From NCBI GenBank assembly GCA_965221775.1, contig CBDCSU010000005.1, forward strand, positions 736,001-800,000: a stretch of 64,000 nucleotides of DNA. The letters run 5' to 3'. This document shows, piece by piece, positions 26,434 through 36,369 of this stretch. The position numbers were made by a program, and so were the translations under genes. Numbering within the stretch: position 1 is the stretch's first letter; each line of letters begins with the position of its first letter. Under the pieces are notes generated by a model that worked only from the letters and a program-made list of their open reading frames with translations, ran no database searches and was not told the DNA's origin. This DNA comes from Candidatus Latescibacterota bacterium (GTDB lineage: Bacteria > Latescibacterota > UBA2968 > UBA8231).

Positions 26434-27444
26434 GTGCCGAAGAAGCGGATAGCGATTGTGGGGGCCGGGAACATGGCGCGGACACGGGGCCAGGCGTTTC
26501 TGGACACCGGCCGTGCCGAGATCTGCGGTGTCGCCGCCCGCCGCGCAGAGCGCGCCGGGAGCTGCGCCGCCGAGTTGGGGTGCGACGTCTTCTGCGACGA
26601 CTTTCGCCGTTTGGCAGAGACCGCACCGGACGCGATCCTGATCGAGGTTCCCCATCGCGTGCAGGACGAGGTCTCCCTGTGGGCGCTGGATGCCGGTTTC
26701 GACCTGCTCGTGGGCGGATCTCTGGCTTCGAGTGTAGAGAGTGGGCGCCGCATCGTCGCAGCAGCCACGCGGTACCGCCGGGTCGTGGAGGCCGGGTTCC
26801 AGCGCCGTTACGACCCCGCCTGGGAGGAGATCCGGCGCCTGGTGACGGGAGGGGAACTGGGCCCCCCGGTGATGGCCGTCACCATGGCCCTCTGGAACGC
26901 GGACCCGGGCGCCTGGTACTACGATCAGGAGGCGAGCGGCGGGATGCCCCTGACCCACATGAGCTACTGCTATCTGAATGCGGTCCGCTGGATCCTCGGC
27001 CGGCCGACCACCGTTTCCGCCCTGGCCAACCGCGTGCGGAACACGGCTCCCGGCCACGTCGCGGAAGAGACCTGCGGGGCCCTCATCGCCTTCGAGAACG
27101 GCGCCTTCGTGTCAGCGACGGCAAGCTACATCGGCCCGCAGGGCATGCCCGACCCGCAGCCGCGGTTCATCTGCGCCGACGGCGGCGTCCTGCCCAATGG
27201 CGACAGCCCTCCCGGCAAAGACTCCATCACCCTCTTCCGCGGGGGCCGCTCCGAGGTCCGCTCCTTCGCGAGCGAGCCCTCCCCCTTTGTCCGGCAGGCA
27301 TCCGCATTTCTCGATGCCCTCGAGAACCGCCGCGAGGCCCGCAATCCGCCGCAAGATGCCCTGCTGGACGTGGAGATCGCCGCAGCCGTCTCGGTCTCGG
27401 CCAGGGAGCACAGGACGGTCTCCCTGGTGGAAGCAACCGCCTAA
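26434..27444 (+). CDS. Gfo/Idh/MocA-family oxidoreductase
   Basis: RIAIVGAGNMA Rossmann motif, GFQRRYDP, GELG. The canonical EKP is replaced by GGS. Confidence 0.82.
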   Translation: MPKKRIAIVGAGNMARTRGQAFLDTGRAEICGVAARRAERAGSCAAELGCDVFCDDFRRLAETAPDAILIEVPHRVQDEVSLWALDAGFDLLVGGSLASSVESGRRIVAAATRYRRVVEAGFQRRYDPAWEEIRRLVTGGELGPPVMAVTMALWNADPGAWYYDQEASGGMPLTHMSYCYLNAVRWILGRPTTVSALANRVRNTAPGHVAEETCGALIAFENGAFVSATASYIGPQGMPDPQPRFICADGGVLPNGDSPPGKDSITLFRGGRSEVRSFASEPSPFVRQASAFLDALENRREARNPPQDALLDVEIAAAVSVSAREHRTVSLVEATA

Positions 27445-28388
27445 GCGTCCGCCCACTTCCGGTACTCCTCCAAGGCGTCTTCACGGCCCACAAAGGGCTT
27501 GAAGACCACGCGGGCACTGTAGCCATACTCGGTCAGCGGTCGACAGTCCCTGATGAGGATGGAGAAGTCCCACGCCGGATTGTTCAGGCCTCCCCCTCCT
27601 GGCGCGACCGCGAACCGAAGGGACTCGGTGCTCCTGAACATCATCTGGAGCATCATGTTGCGCCAGCGTCCGTAGAAGAACGGATCGATGTATCGAGCAG
27701 GCCGGATGTTGTGGAACAACCGGCCCCGTGGATCGGGTTCGCCTTCGACCAGGGCATCCGCTTCACTCGCGAAGACCGGCCCGTGCGCCGGTTGCTCCGC
27801 CAACGATTCGACCCACTCCTCCGGGCCACTGCTGTCCCTGCGACCGAGGAAGCAGGTGTTCTTGTCCTCGGGCTCGTGGATGTAGCTCGCCCAGAACAGC
27901 CCCAGCCAGTCCCCCTCGAAGGAGCCGGGATGAGCGACGTACGTGGTTTCCAGATCGATGTAGTGAGGTGGAACGAGGGTGAAGATCGTGCTGACCTCGA
28001 TGCGGTGCGGTTCGGGGATGGAGGTCGTCAGCTGCACCGAGTTGTCGTCGAGCCGGGTGAGTCGGCTCGGCGTCGGCGGGGTCCCGAGCTTGCCCCCGAG
28101 CCAACGGGGGATCATCGACCGGCCGTTCCGGTCATAGATGAACTCGAAGTTGAGGCTGCTGGAGTACGATGACCGGAAGATGTTCTCCTCGGGGCCGCGG
28201 CGGCTGTAGAGCTGACGCACCCCGTTGTAGCCGTTCGCCCGTTCGAAGGGGAAAGCGACGTCGTCGAATCGCCCTTGCTTGTTCGCTCGATAGAGCTCGT
28301 CAACCCGCCTTTGCGGAATACCTCCGCCGTCGTCGTTGTCCACCACTTCGACGAAGAGGTCGCCGTCGATGAGAAACTGACTTGCCAT
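27441..28388 (-). CDS. Hypothetical protein, possible galactose-mutarotase-like beta-sandwich
   Basis: AGGAGG SD. Beta-rich with motifs GYNGV, LNFEFI, LFWASYI, NPAWDF. Confidence 0.65.
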   Translation of the reverse strand: MASQFLIDGDLFVEVVDNDDGGGIPQRRVDELYRANKQGRFDDVAFPFERANGYNGVRQLYSRRGPEENIFRSSYSSSLNFEFIYDRNGRSMIPRWLGGKLGTPPTPSRLTRLDDNSVQLTTSIPEPHRIEVSTIFTLVPPHYIDLETTYVAHPGSFEGDWLGLFWASYIHEPEDKNTCFLGRRDSSGPEEWVESLAEQPAHGPVFASEADALVEGEPDPRGRLFHNIRPARYIDPFFYGRWRNMMLQMMFRSTESLRFAVAPGGGGLNNPAWDFSILIRDCRPLTEYGYSARVVFKPFVGREDALEEYRKWADA

Positions 28389-28478
28389 GCAGGAGTCCTC
28401 CTCAGCCCACGTCGCCGCGTCGGGGGAAATTCCCCGCTTCGGCGACAGTGATTCGTCCGTCACGCTCCAGTCTTCCCA

Positions 28479-29576
28479 TCACTGTTCCTCTGCGATGCGC
28501 TTCACCAGCGACTGCATGTCGAGGCGCCCGTCCCTGTTGGTCTGCACGGCGATCGTCACCCCCGAAGATGCGTGGTGAGTCACGTGGGTGCGGTAGCCGG
28601 GCCACAGGCCACCGTGGCCGAAGCTCGTCCCGCCGTCGTACACGAAGAGACCGAAGCCATAGTGCCAGCCGGGCGTGGCCGGGTCGCGCCAGCCGCCGTG
28701 CAGCATCCGGGCGAGGCTCTCCGGCTTCACGATGCGGCCCTCGGTCAGGGCGCCGTAGAACTCGACGAGCATCGTCGGATTCGTGGTGAGCCCGCCTCCG
28801 GTCCACTCGGAAGAGGGATCGATCTTCATGGTGCCGTCCTTCCTCAGGTTACGGGCCCCTCCCATGTAGCCGGGCGTGATGTCGGGCAGGACCGACCGGT
28901 CCTGGAGCCCGATCTGGTGCAGGCCCTGGGGCTCGAGGATGCGCTCCCGGAGCAGATCGTAACAGGCGCGGCCCGTGGCCGCCTCGATCAGACGTCCGAG
29001 GACGAGGTATCCGGAGTCCGTGTACGAGAATCCCTCTCCCGCCGCGAACAGGGGTTTGCGTCCGGCGAAGGCGATCAGCTCCTCCGGCTCGAAGCGGATC
29101 GTGCCGTGGCGGATCGCGCGATAGATCGATTTCAACCGGTAGCGGGCCGATCGCGGGTAATCGCCGATCCCGGCGGAATGCGACAGCAAGTGTCGGACGC
29201 GGATGTCGTCCGCGTTGGGCACCTTCCTGTACCACGACTCGCCGTCCAGCCACTTCGAGGCCGGATCGTCGAGGGTCAGCACGCCGTCCTCCACCAGCAA
29301 CATCGTCAGCGCCGCGACGAAGGTCTTGCCCGTGCTCCCGCCCGGCATGCGCACCGTGTCGTCGAGTGGGATCTCCTCTTCCACGTCGGCGAGGCCCACG
29401 GAGGCGCGCACGATGCGGCCGTCGGCAAAGCGCACGGCGGCCCTCAGGCCGGGCATCTTCATCTCGGCGCGCGCGTCCTCGAGCAGCGCCGCGAGGGCAG
29501 CCTGGTCCAGCGCGAAGGCGGGCGGGCAGCAGGCGAGCAGGGCGATGGACAGGTATTTCCCCATGGCCTTGGGCAT
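28479..29576 (-). CDS. Serine hydrolase, beta-lactamase/peptidase S12 family, secreted
   Basis: SxxK (STGK), LLSHSAG, FSYTD, GHGG. Signal peptide. Confidence 0.9.
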   Translation of the reverse strand: MPKAMGKYLSIALLACCPPAFALDQAALAALLEDARAEMKMPGLRAAVRFADGRIVRASVGLADVEEEIPLDDTVRMPGGSTGKTFVAALTMLLVEDGVLTLDDPASKWLDGESWYRKVPNADDIRVRHLLSHSAGIGDYPRSARYRLKSIYRAIRHGTIRFEPEELIAFAGRKPLFAAGEGFSYTDSGYLVLGRLIEAATGRACYDLLRERILEPQGLHQIGLQDRSVLPDITPGYMGGARNLRKDGTMKIDPSSEWTGGGLTTNPTMLVEFYGALTEGRIVKPESLARMLHGGWRDPATPGWHYGFGLFVYDGGTSFGHGGLWPGYRTHVTHHASSGVTIAVQTNRDGRLDMQSLVKRIAEEQ

Positions 29577-29653
29577 GCGAGATACAGAGGGTTCTATCTT
29601 GATTCCCTGTCAAGCCGATCCCGCGCCCAGGCCACGCCAACCTGGAGGATGTC

Positions 29654-31693
29654 ATGAACGGACAGAGCCGGCCCGTATCCCCGCCGGAATACGAGGTGAG
29701 ACTGGAACGCCGGGTGCGCATGCCCATGGGCGACGGGGTCGAGCTGGCGGCCGTGGTCGCCCGCCCCGACACGTCCGGGGAGTTTCCGGCGATCGTCGCG
29801 TACAACCCCTACCGCCGGCTGCCCGGTATCGAGGCCCACGTCTCCGAGAGCGGCTACGACCACCGCCGGCACGGACCCGCCTGGTTCGCCCGCCGCGGCT
29901 ACGCCGTCGTCTCCTTCGACGCCCGCGGCACCGGGAACTCGGGGGGCTCCACGACCGACATCTACTCGGAGCGGGAACGGCGGGACGGGTACGAGGCGGT
30001 GGAGTGGGCCGCCGCCCAGCCGTGGTGCAGCGGCGCCGTGGGCATGTGGGGCATGTCCTTCGGCGGCGTCGTGCAGTGGCAGGTGGCGGCCCAAAGGCCG
30101 CCCCATCTCAGGACCCTGGTGATGGGCTCCTCGAACACCGACGTCTACCTCGACTGGACCCATCCCGGCGGCTCGATCCGCCCCTACATGTTCGACAGCT
30201 ACTCGCCGTTGATGACGGCCTACAACTTCGCTCCCCCCGACGTGGAGATCGCCGGGCCCCTGTGGGAGGAGCTGTGGCATGAGCGCCTGGAGAGCAACGT
30301 CCCCTGGGGCATCGGCTACATCACCCATCCGCTGCAGGGACCGTACTGGCAGGAGCGTTCCCTGGAGCCGGACTACAGCCGCGTCGAGGTGCCGGTGCTG
30401 TTCTGGTGCGGCTGGGCCGATCCCTACCCCACCCCGATCCTGCGGGCGTTCTCCCGGCTCGACGTCCCGAAGAAGATCCTGCTGGGGCCGTGGGGCCACT
30501 ACTGGCCCGAAGAGGCCCTGCCCGGTCCCCGGATCGACTTCCGCCACGAGATGCTGAAGTGGTACGACCGCTGGCTGAAGGGGGAGGAGACCGGCGTGAT
30601 CGATGAGCCCGCCGTCTCCCTCTTCGTGCGCAAATACAAGGAGCCGGCGGCGCACATGTACCTCGAGGACGCCGGGTTCTGGAGATCGGAGGAGGAGTGG
30701 CCCCCGGCGCGAAACCGGGATACCCCCTTCTACTTCCACGCCGGGGGAGAGCTCGGCCGCGAGGCTCCGGACTGCGAGAGTTCCGCGAGGGAGTACACAT
30801 ACAACCCGGCTGTCGGCATCACCGCCGGCATCTACTGGGGCGGCGGCATCATGCCCTGGGCCATGCCGGTCGACCAGCGCCTGGACGAGGCCCTGTCGCT
30901 GACCTGGAGCACTCTCCCGCTGGACGGGGATCTGGAGGTCACCGGAATTCCGGTGGCCATGCTGCACGTCTCATCCAGCGCCGAGACCGCGTACTTCCAC
31001 GTGAAGCTCACCGCCGTCGCCCCGGACGGTACCTCCAAGTGGCTGACCGACGGCGGCCTGCTGGGGACCCACCGAGGCTCGCATTCGAGTCCCGAGCCGA
31101 TGGAGCCGGGGAAGGTCTACGAGCTGCGCATCGAGATGAAGTACGTCTCCTACCTCTTCGAGAAGGGCCACCGCATCCGCCTGAGCGTGGCCGGCGCTGA
31201 CTTCCAGAACGCCTGGCCCACCCCGCTGGCGGCGGTCAACAGCGTGCACTGCAGCCGGGACTGTCCGTCGAGGGTTGTTCTGCCGGTGACGCCGGCGCGA
31301 GACCGATCGCTGCCGGAGCCCGCATTTCACGCCTCGCCGCGGACCCCGGCGGCGATGGAGGACCTGCCCCCCAGCCGGCACGAGATCACCCACGACCACG
31401 TGGCCGGCACGGTGACCGCCGAACTGGCGCGGGGCAGCACCGGGAGCGCGGTGGCCGGGCGGGCCTGGTCGAGATATACGGTGTCGCCGACGAATCCGGC
31501 CGAGACGGTGCTGAAGGCGGGATACGTGTACGAGCCGCCCCATCCGGAGAAGCGGATCGTCGTCGAGGCGAAGGAGGTCCTGCGAAGCGACGCGGAGTCG
31601 TACCACTTCTCGACGGAGGTGGTGGTGACCGTCGACGGGGAACGCTACTTCGACAAGAGCTGGAGCGTCACCGTGCCCAGGGAGCTGGGGTGA
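29654..31693 (+). CDS. CocE/NonD-family hydrolase
   Basis: DARGTGNSGG, AQPWCSGAVGMWGMSFGG, GPWGH, GHRIRLSV. Confidence 0.92.
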   Translation: MNGQSRPVSPPEYEVRLERRVRMPMGDGVELAAVVARPDTSGEFPAIVAYNPYRRLPGIEAHVSESGYDHRRHGPAWFARRGYAVVSFDARGTGNSGGSTTDIYSERERRDGYEAVEWAAAQPWCSGAVGMWGMSFGGVVQWQVAAQRPPHLRTLVMGSSNTDVYLDWTHPGGSIRPYMFDSYSPLMTAYNFAPPDVEIAGPLWEELWHERLESNVPWGIGYITHPLQGPYWQERSLEPDYSRVEVPVLFWCGWADPYPTPILRAFSRLDVPKKILLGPWGHYWPEEALPGPRIDFRHEMLKWYDRWLKGEETGVIDEPAVSLFVRKYKEPAAHMYLEDAGFWRSEEEWPPARNRDTPFYFHAGGELGREAPDCESSAREYTYNPAVGITAGIYWGGGIMPWAMPVDQRLDEALSLTWSTLPLDGDLEVTGIPVAMLHVSSSAETAYFHVKLTAVAPDGTSKWLTDGGLLGTHRGSHSSPEPMEPGKVYELRIEMKYVSYLFEKGHRIRLSVAGADFQNAWPTPLAAVNSVHCSRDCPSRVVLPVTPARDRSLPEPAFHASPRTPAAMEDLPPSRHEITHDHVAGTVTAELARGSTGSAVAGRAWSRYTVSPTNPAETVLKAGYVYEPPHPEKRIVVEAKEVLRSDAESYHFSTEVVVTVDGERYFDKSWSVTVPRELG

Positions 31694-31696
31694 GGG

Positions 31697-32209
31697 TCAA
31701 TAGAGGCCGGTATGGAAGTTCAGATCGCGGATCAGCGCGAAGGTGTTTATGCACCGGACATTGAATTCACGACTTACGTCAGGCAACCTCCGGTTTGCCC
31801 GGGTTCGGCTTGGCCTGGAATGCTCGGTAGTTACGACGCATCTCTTCTGGATGTCCACGAGAGCGTAGGCAACCAGAAACGGGTCGCGTCCAATCTCCTC
31901 AACCTCCTCATCGGTCAGATCCCTGCCATACCCCTGCTCGGTGATGCAGGCCACCAAGTCCACCCCAGCCTCTTCATCAAGTACGATGGCATTCCTGTTT
32001 TCCTTTAGCCAGTCGACCAATGGATCCGGTCGGTCTTCTGGCGGCGGGGGCAGCATGACCTCTTCAAAGAACTCTTGCGGGATCTTGATCCGGCCGCGGG
32101 TGCCCATCTCCAGCAACCAATCCCAGAACTCAGGGACTCTCTCAATGGGGTAGTAATCGCGATTTGCATCAATGAGCACATTGGCGTCCAGGAGGTAGAG
32201 CACGGGCAT
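31697..32209 (-). CDS. DUF4411-family PIN-like protein (putative toxin)
   Basis: YLLDANVLIDA..YYP....FWDWL, DPFLVAYA, VVTTE, LPDV. Confidence 0.82.
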   Translation of the reverse strand: MPVLYLLDANVLIDANRDYYPIERVPEFWDWLLEMGTRGRIKIPQEFFEEVMLPPPPEDRPDPLVDWLKENRNAIVLDEEAGVDLVACITEQGYGRDLTDEEVEEIGRDPFLVAYALVDIQKRCVVTTEHSRPSRTRANRRLPDVSREFNVRCINTFALIRDLNFHTGLY

Positions 32210-32212
32210 TCT

Positions 32213-33406
32213 CTACCGTGCACGACCTGCGTCCAGCAGTGATTGAACCTGCCTGGGCTTGACCCCCAAGACCTGTGCCGCCTTGGAAGTCGACAGAGTA
32301 TCCGCCGCCATCATGCGCTCCGCCAGCCCGATGATCCGATGGCCCAGGCGATGGCGGCGCACTCTGTAGTAGCTTGGCCCACTCTCCTGCTCGCGTGCCT
32401 GTGCCCGGCGCCTTTCCCGCTCTCCATGCCATGCTTGGCGGAAAAGGCCAGCCAACTGGTGGTAGGTCGCCTGAGAGATCAGCTCATGGCGATATGCTTT
32501 GTAGGCAACCATAGCGCTGCTCACTTTCATCTGGATTGCAAGCGCTGTGATTTGTTCTGAGATCTGGCGAATGTCGAAGTGACTGTCGAGGGCGAGCCCC
32601 TTCAGCTCTCGTTCAGGTAGCAGGAACTCCCCGGCCACATCGTTGCAGAACCGCTCCACCTCGCTTTCCGCATTACTACCGCTGATCCCTGTATGACCGA
32701 GCAGGAGGTGGACGGTCTCGTGCAACAGGGTGAAGGACCAGGCAGGTTGTGCATCGCGATCATTGATCACAACGAAAGGAGCCACTTCGTCCGCTATGGA
32801 GAATCCTCGAAAGACCGTCGTATCCAACGCCGTCTTGTAGTTTCCCAAGTCCCCCTTGAGCAGGACAAATACCCCTGCATCCTCTGCCTTCCCGCGCAAC
32901 AAGCCGAAAGCGGCCGACGCACTCGACTGGGCGCGATAGTCCGTCGCATCGAGGCCCAGTAGCGCCTGCAATGACCTCAAGACTGCTGCGCGGCCATCTT
33001 CCCTGCGGTGAGAGCCGATGAAGGCCAGCGCCTCCGCTTCATCTTCATCCTCCAGCATGACGCGAACCATGCTCTGACGTGCCCGGATCTCCCGGATCAA
33101 CGCGTCCAGCCGCGCCTCATCCGACCTTCGATCGCCTTGGTGCAGGGTGCGAAAGTCCACTCCCCGCTTACCCATCTTCGGTGGTTTGGAGAGGTAGAAC
33201 GTGAGCAACGGACGGCGGTACTGTCCCGCCATCCTGACCACTTGGGGGCGGGAAGGCTCCTTCTCTCCCTGCTCGATCCGGGCAAGCTTCTCTACCGCGG
33301 ACGATCTGGGGCTGTCTCGGAAGCGCAGTTGCCTTGCCGCCTCCTCCTGGGTAAGGCCGGCCGTCTCGCGGGCCCAGATCATGATGGCGGGGTTGACCCT
33401 TGGCAT
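32213..33406 (-). CDS. XRE-HTH plus ImmA/IrrE (M78) Zn-metallopeptidase (putative antitoxin)
   Basis: N-terminal HTH (WARETAGLTQEEAA), FTLLHETVH (HExxH), ERFCNDVAGEFLLP. Confidence 0.88.
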   Translation of the reverse strand: MPRVNPAIMIWARETAGLTQEEAARQLRFRDSPRSSAVEKLARIEQGEKEPSRPQVVRMAGQYRRPLLTFYLSKPPKMGKRGVDFRTLHQGDRRSDEARLDALIREIRARQSMVRVMLEDEDEAEALAFIGSHRREDGRAAVLRSLQALLGLDATDYRAQSSASAAFGLLRGKAEDAGVFVLLKGDLGNYKTALDTTVFRGFSIADEVAPFVVINDRDAQPAWSFTLLHETVHLLLGHTGISGSNAESEVERFCNDVAGEFLLPERELKGLALDSHFDIRQISEQITALAIQMKVSSAMVAYKAYRHELISQATYHQLAGLFRQAWHGERERRRAQAREQESGPSYYRVRRHRLGHRIIGLAERMMAADTLSTSKAAQVLGVKPRQVQSLLDAGRAR

Positions 33407-33517
33407 CGTTCTGCAGTCCTCGTTCTTGTCCGGGTTGATCAGGCTATCAGGAAGCTATGCCACCTCTTGCACCGGCGCACTGCCCTTTCGGGCGTCCAAG
33501 TCGAGCAGCGGCCCCCC

Positions 33518-34498
33518 TCAACTATCCAGCACCCGGTCCTGCCCCGCCGAGGCCTCGTCCAGCCGCCCCCGCTCCTCCGGGGTGATCGACCAGCCCACGG
33601 CGCCGGCGTTCTCCTCCATGTGGGCCGCCGTGTCGCCGCCGGTGATGGCGGCCGTCACCTCGGGATGGGAGAGGACCCAGTTGATCGCCGTCTGCGCCAC
33701 GGTGCGGCCGTGGGCGTCGGCGACCTGACGCAGGATCGCCAGGGTCCGGTGCGCCGCCTCGTTGAGGTGCTTCTCCAGGTTTCCGGCGCGGCCGCTGGCG
33801 TAGAGGGTGCCCTCCGGCGGCGGCTGCCCGGGGGTGTACACACCCGAGAGCAGCCCCACGCCCAAGGGGCTGTAGGTCATGACCCCGAAGCCCTGGTCGC
33901 GCTGCGCCGGCCACATCTCGCGCTCCAGGTCGCGGTTGAGGAGGTTGTAGGGGTTCTGGATGCAGAGCAGGGGATCGAGGCCGAGGCGATCCTGGGTCCA
34001 CAGCGCCTTGAGCACCTGCCACGTCTGGAAGTTGGAGACGCCCATGTAGCGGGTCTTGCCGGCGCGCACCACGTCGTCGATGGCGCGCAATGTCTCCTCA
34101 AGGGGGGTGTCGTCGTCGTACACGTGCAGGATGTAGATGTCGATGTGATCGGTCTCGAGGCGGGCCAGGGTGCGGTCGATCTCGCGCATGATGTGGTAAC
34201 GCGACAGGCCGGCGTCGTTCGGCCCGTCATCGATGCGGCTGGCCACCTTCGAGGTGACCACGAGGTCGTCGCGGTGGCGCTTGAGGACCCGCGCCAGGAC
34301 CTGCTCCGACGTGCCGCGGGTCTCGTACACGTCGCCGAAGCCGTAGGCGTTGGCGCAGTCGATGAAGTTGATCCCCAGCTCGACGGCGCGCTCGATGGCG
34401 CGCTCGGCCTCGCCGGGGTCCGTCTGCCCGCGCAGGCCCAGGCCGTAGGCCAGGCGCGACACCTTCAGGCCGGAACGGCCGAAATTCACGTATTCCAT
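33518..34498 (-). CDS. Aldo/keto reductase (copy B)
   Basis: FGRSGLKVS, FIDCANAYG, TSK, IDIYILH, GKTRYMGVSN. Confidence 0.92.
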   Translation of the reverse strand: MEYVNFGRSGLKVSRLAYGLGLRGQTDPGEAERAIERAVELGINFIDCANAYGFGDVYETRGTSEQVLARVLKRHRDDLVVTSKVASRIDDGPNDAGLSRYHIMREIDRTLARLETDHIDIYILHVYDDDTPLEETLRAIDDVVRAGKTRYMGVSNFQTWQVLKALWTQDRLGLDPLLCIQNPYNLLNRDLEREMWPAQRDQGFGVMTYSPLGVGLLSGVYTPGQPPPEGTLYASGRAGNLEKHLNEAAHRTLAILRQVADAHGRTVAQTAINWVLSHPEVTAAITGGDTAAHMEENAGAVGWSITPEERGRLDEASAGQDRVLDS

Positions 34499-35502
34499 GC
34501 TCTCCTCCTGGGATTGTCGTGGAACGCTGTCGGTCCGGGATGCTGTCCGACCGAGGCCTCGTCGAGGCGGGCCCGGTCCTCCGCCGTGATCGACCAGCCT
34601 GCGGCGCCGGCGTTCTCCTCCACGTGGGCCGCCGTGTCGCCGCCGGTGACGGCCGCCGTCACCTCGGGGTGGGAGAGGACCCAGTTGATCGCCGTCTGCG
34701 CCACGGTGCGGCCGTGGGCGTCGGCGACCTCCCGCAGGACCCTTAGCGTCCGGCGCGCCGCCTCGCGGAAGTCCTTCTCCGGGTCTCCGGCGCGGCCCCT
34801 GGCGTACAGGATCCCGGTCGGCGGCGGATGGTCCGGGGTATACGCACCGGAGAGCAGACCCACCGCCAAGGGGCTGTGGGTCATGACCCCGAAGCCCTGG
34901 GCACGCTGCGCCGGCCACATCTCGCGCTCCAAGTCGCGGTTGAGAAGATGGTAGCGGTTCTGGATGCAGAGCAGGGGATCGAGCCCGAGTCGGTCCTGGG
35001 TCCACAGCGCCTTGAGCACCTGCCAGGCCTGGAAGTTGGAGACGCCCATGTAGCGGGTCTTGCCGGCGCGCACGACATCGTCGATGGCGCGCAGCGTCTC
35101 CTCGAGAGGGGTCTGGTCGTCGTAGGCGTGCAGGATGTAGATGTCGATTTGATCGGTCTCGAGGCGGGAGAGGGTGCGGTCGATCTCGCGCAGGATGTGA
35201 TGGCGCGACAGGCCGCCGTCGTTCGGCCCCTCGCCGATGCGGCCGGCCACCTTCGAGGTGATCACGAGGTCGTCGCGGTGACGCTTGAGGACCCGCGCCA
35301 GGACCTGCTCGGAGGTGCCGCGGACCTTGTGCTCGTCCCCGAGGCCGTAGACGTTGGCGCAGTCGATGAAGTTGATCCCCAGCTCGACGGCGCACTCGAT
35401 GGCGCGCTCGGCCTCGCCGGCGTCGTCCTGCCCGCGAAAACCCAGGCCGCAGGCCAGACGCGACACCTTCAGGCCGGAACGGCCGAACTCGACGTATTCC
35501 AT
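34486..35502 (-). CDS. Aldo/keto reductase (copy A)
   Basis: Same motifs as copy B. Closely similar tandem paralog. Confidence 0.92.
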   Translation of the reverse strand: MEYVEFGRSGLKVSRLACGLGFRGQDDAGEAERAIECAVELGINFIDCANVYGLGDEHKVRGTSEQVLARVLKRHRDDLVITSKVAGRIGEGPNDGGLSRHHILREIDRTLSRLETDQIDIYILHAYDDQTPLEETLRAIDDVVRAGKTRYMGVSNFQAWQVLKALWTQDRLGLDPLLCIQNRYHLLNRDLEREMWPAQRAQGFGVMTHSPLAVGLLSGAYTPDHPPPTGILYARGRAGDPEKDFREAARRTLRVLREVADAHGRTVAQTAINWVLSHPEVTAAVTGGDTAAHVEENAGAAGWSITAEDRARLDEASVGQHPGPTAFHDNPRRRAWNT

Positions 35503-35667
35503 GCCTCTCCCGGGGCCACTCGCCGCCCCCAGCCGGGCGCAAACCGATTCGGCTACTGGTAGTCCGCGCCGGGAGCCGGGTCAACTCCCGGTGCGGCCGC
35601 GGGCCGATGGACCGGCTCGCGGGCGTCCGATTAGATTGGGCGGGCGCTTGGCCACAGAGGATCCGCC

Positions 35668-36318
35668 ATGGAACAAGGCACGAACGAGCATCCGGGCCTC
35701 GGCCTCGCCGGCCGGATGATCCGCACCTTCACCGCCCCGGGCGCGACCTTCGCCTCGGTCCGGGAGCGATCCGGATGGCTGGACTGGTTCGCGCCGACCC
35801 TGATCGTCGTCGCCGCGGAGGTGGCCCACCTGGCTGCCCGCGTACCGACGGAATACATGGGCGCCTGGTTGGAAATGGCGCCGGCCTTCCTGATGCAGGC
35901 TGTCAACCCCTTCCTGCACCTCTTCATCGCCGGAGCGGTCCTGCTCCTGGTAGCCAACTTCATCCTCGGCGGCGGGGCCACCTATGGCCGGATGCTGGCG
36001 GTGACCGCCTATGCCTCCTTGGTGAACGCGGCCGATCGGATCGTGACCGGGCTCCTGGCCCTGGTGACGGGTACCCAGGTCTCCATCGGGCTAAGGCCCT
36101 TGCTCCCCGACGGGATGCGCGACACCCTCGCTGGCCTCTTGCTGGGCATTGTGGACGTCTTCGGGCTCTGGCAGATCCTGGTCACGGCCATCGGCACCGG
36201 CGTCATGGCCGGCTGCTCCACGCGCCGGGCGCTGGTCCCCGTGCTGATCCTGTGGGCGCTCTGGAGTATTCTGCTGGTGGCCGCCTTGTCAGCGCTCAAG
36301 GCGTCGATGGGACGGTGA
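35668..36318 (+). CDS. Yip1-family membrane protein (copy 1)
   Basis: FTAPGATFASVRER, LGGGATYGRML, DVFGLW. Confidence 0.75.
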   Translation: MEQGTNEHPGLGLAGRMIRTFTAPGATFASVRERSGWLDWFAPTLIVVAAEVAHLAARVPTEYMGAWLEMAPAFLMQAVNPFLHLFIAGAVLLLVANFILGGGATYGRMLAVTAYASLVNAADRIVTGLLALVTGTQVSIGLRPLLPDGMRDTLAGLLLGIVDVFGLWQILVTAIGTGVMAGCSTRRALVPVLILWALWSILLVAALSALKASMGR

Positions 36319-36369
36319 GAGCGGAGCCGCTCGCCGGGCTCTCACACTCTTCGAGAAGAGAGGACAGAA

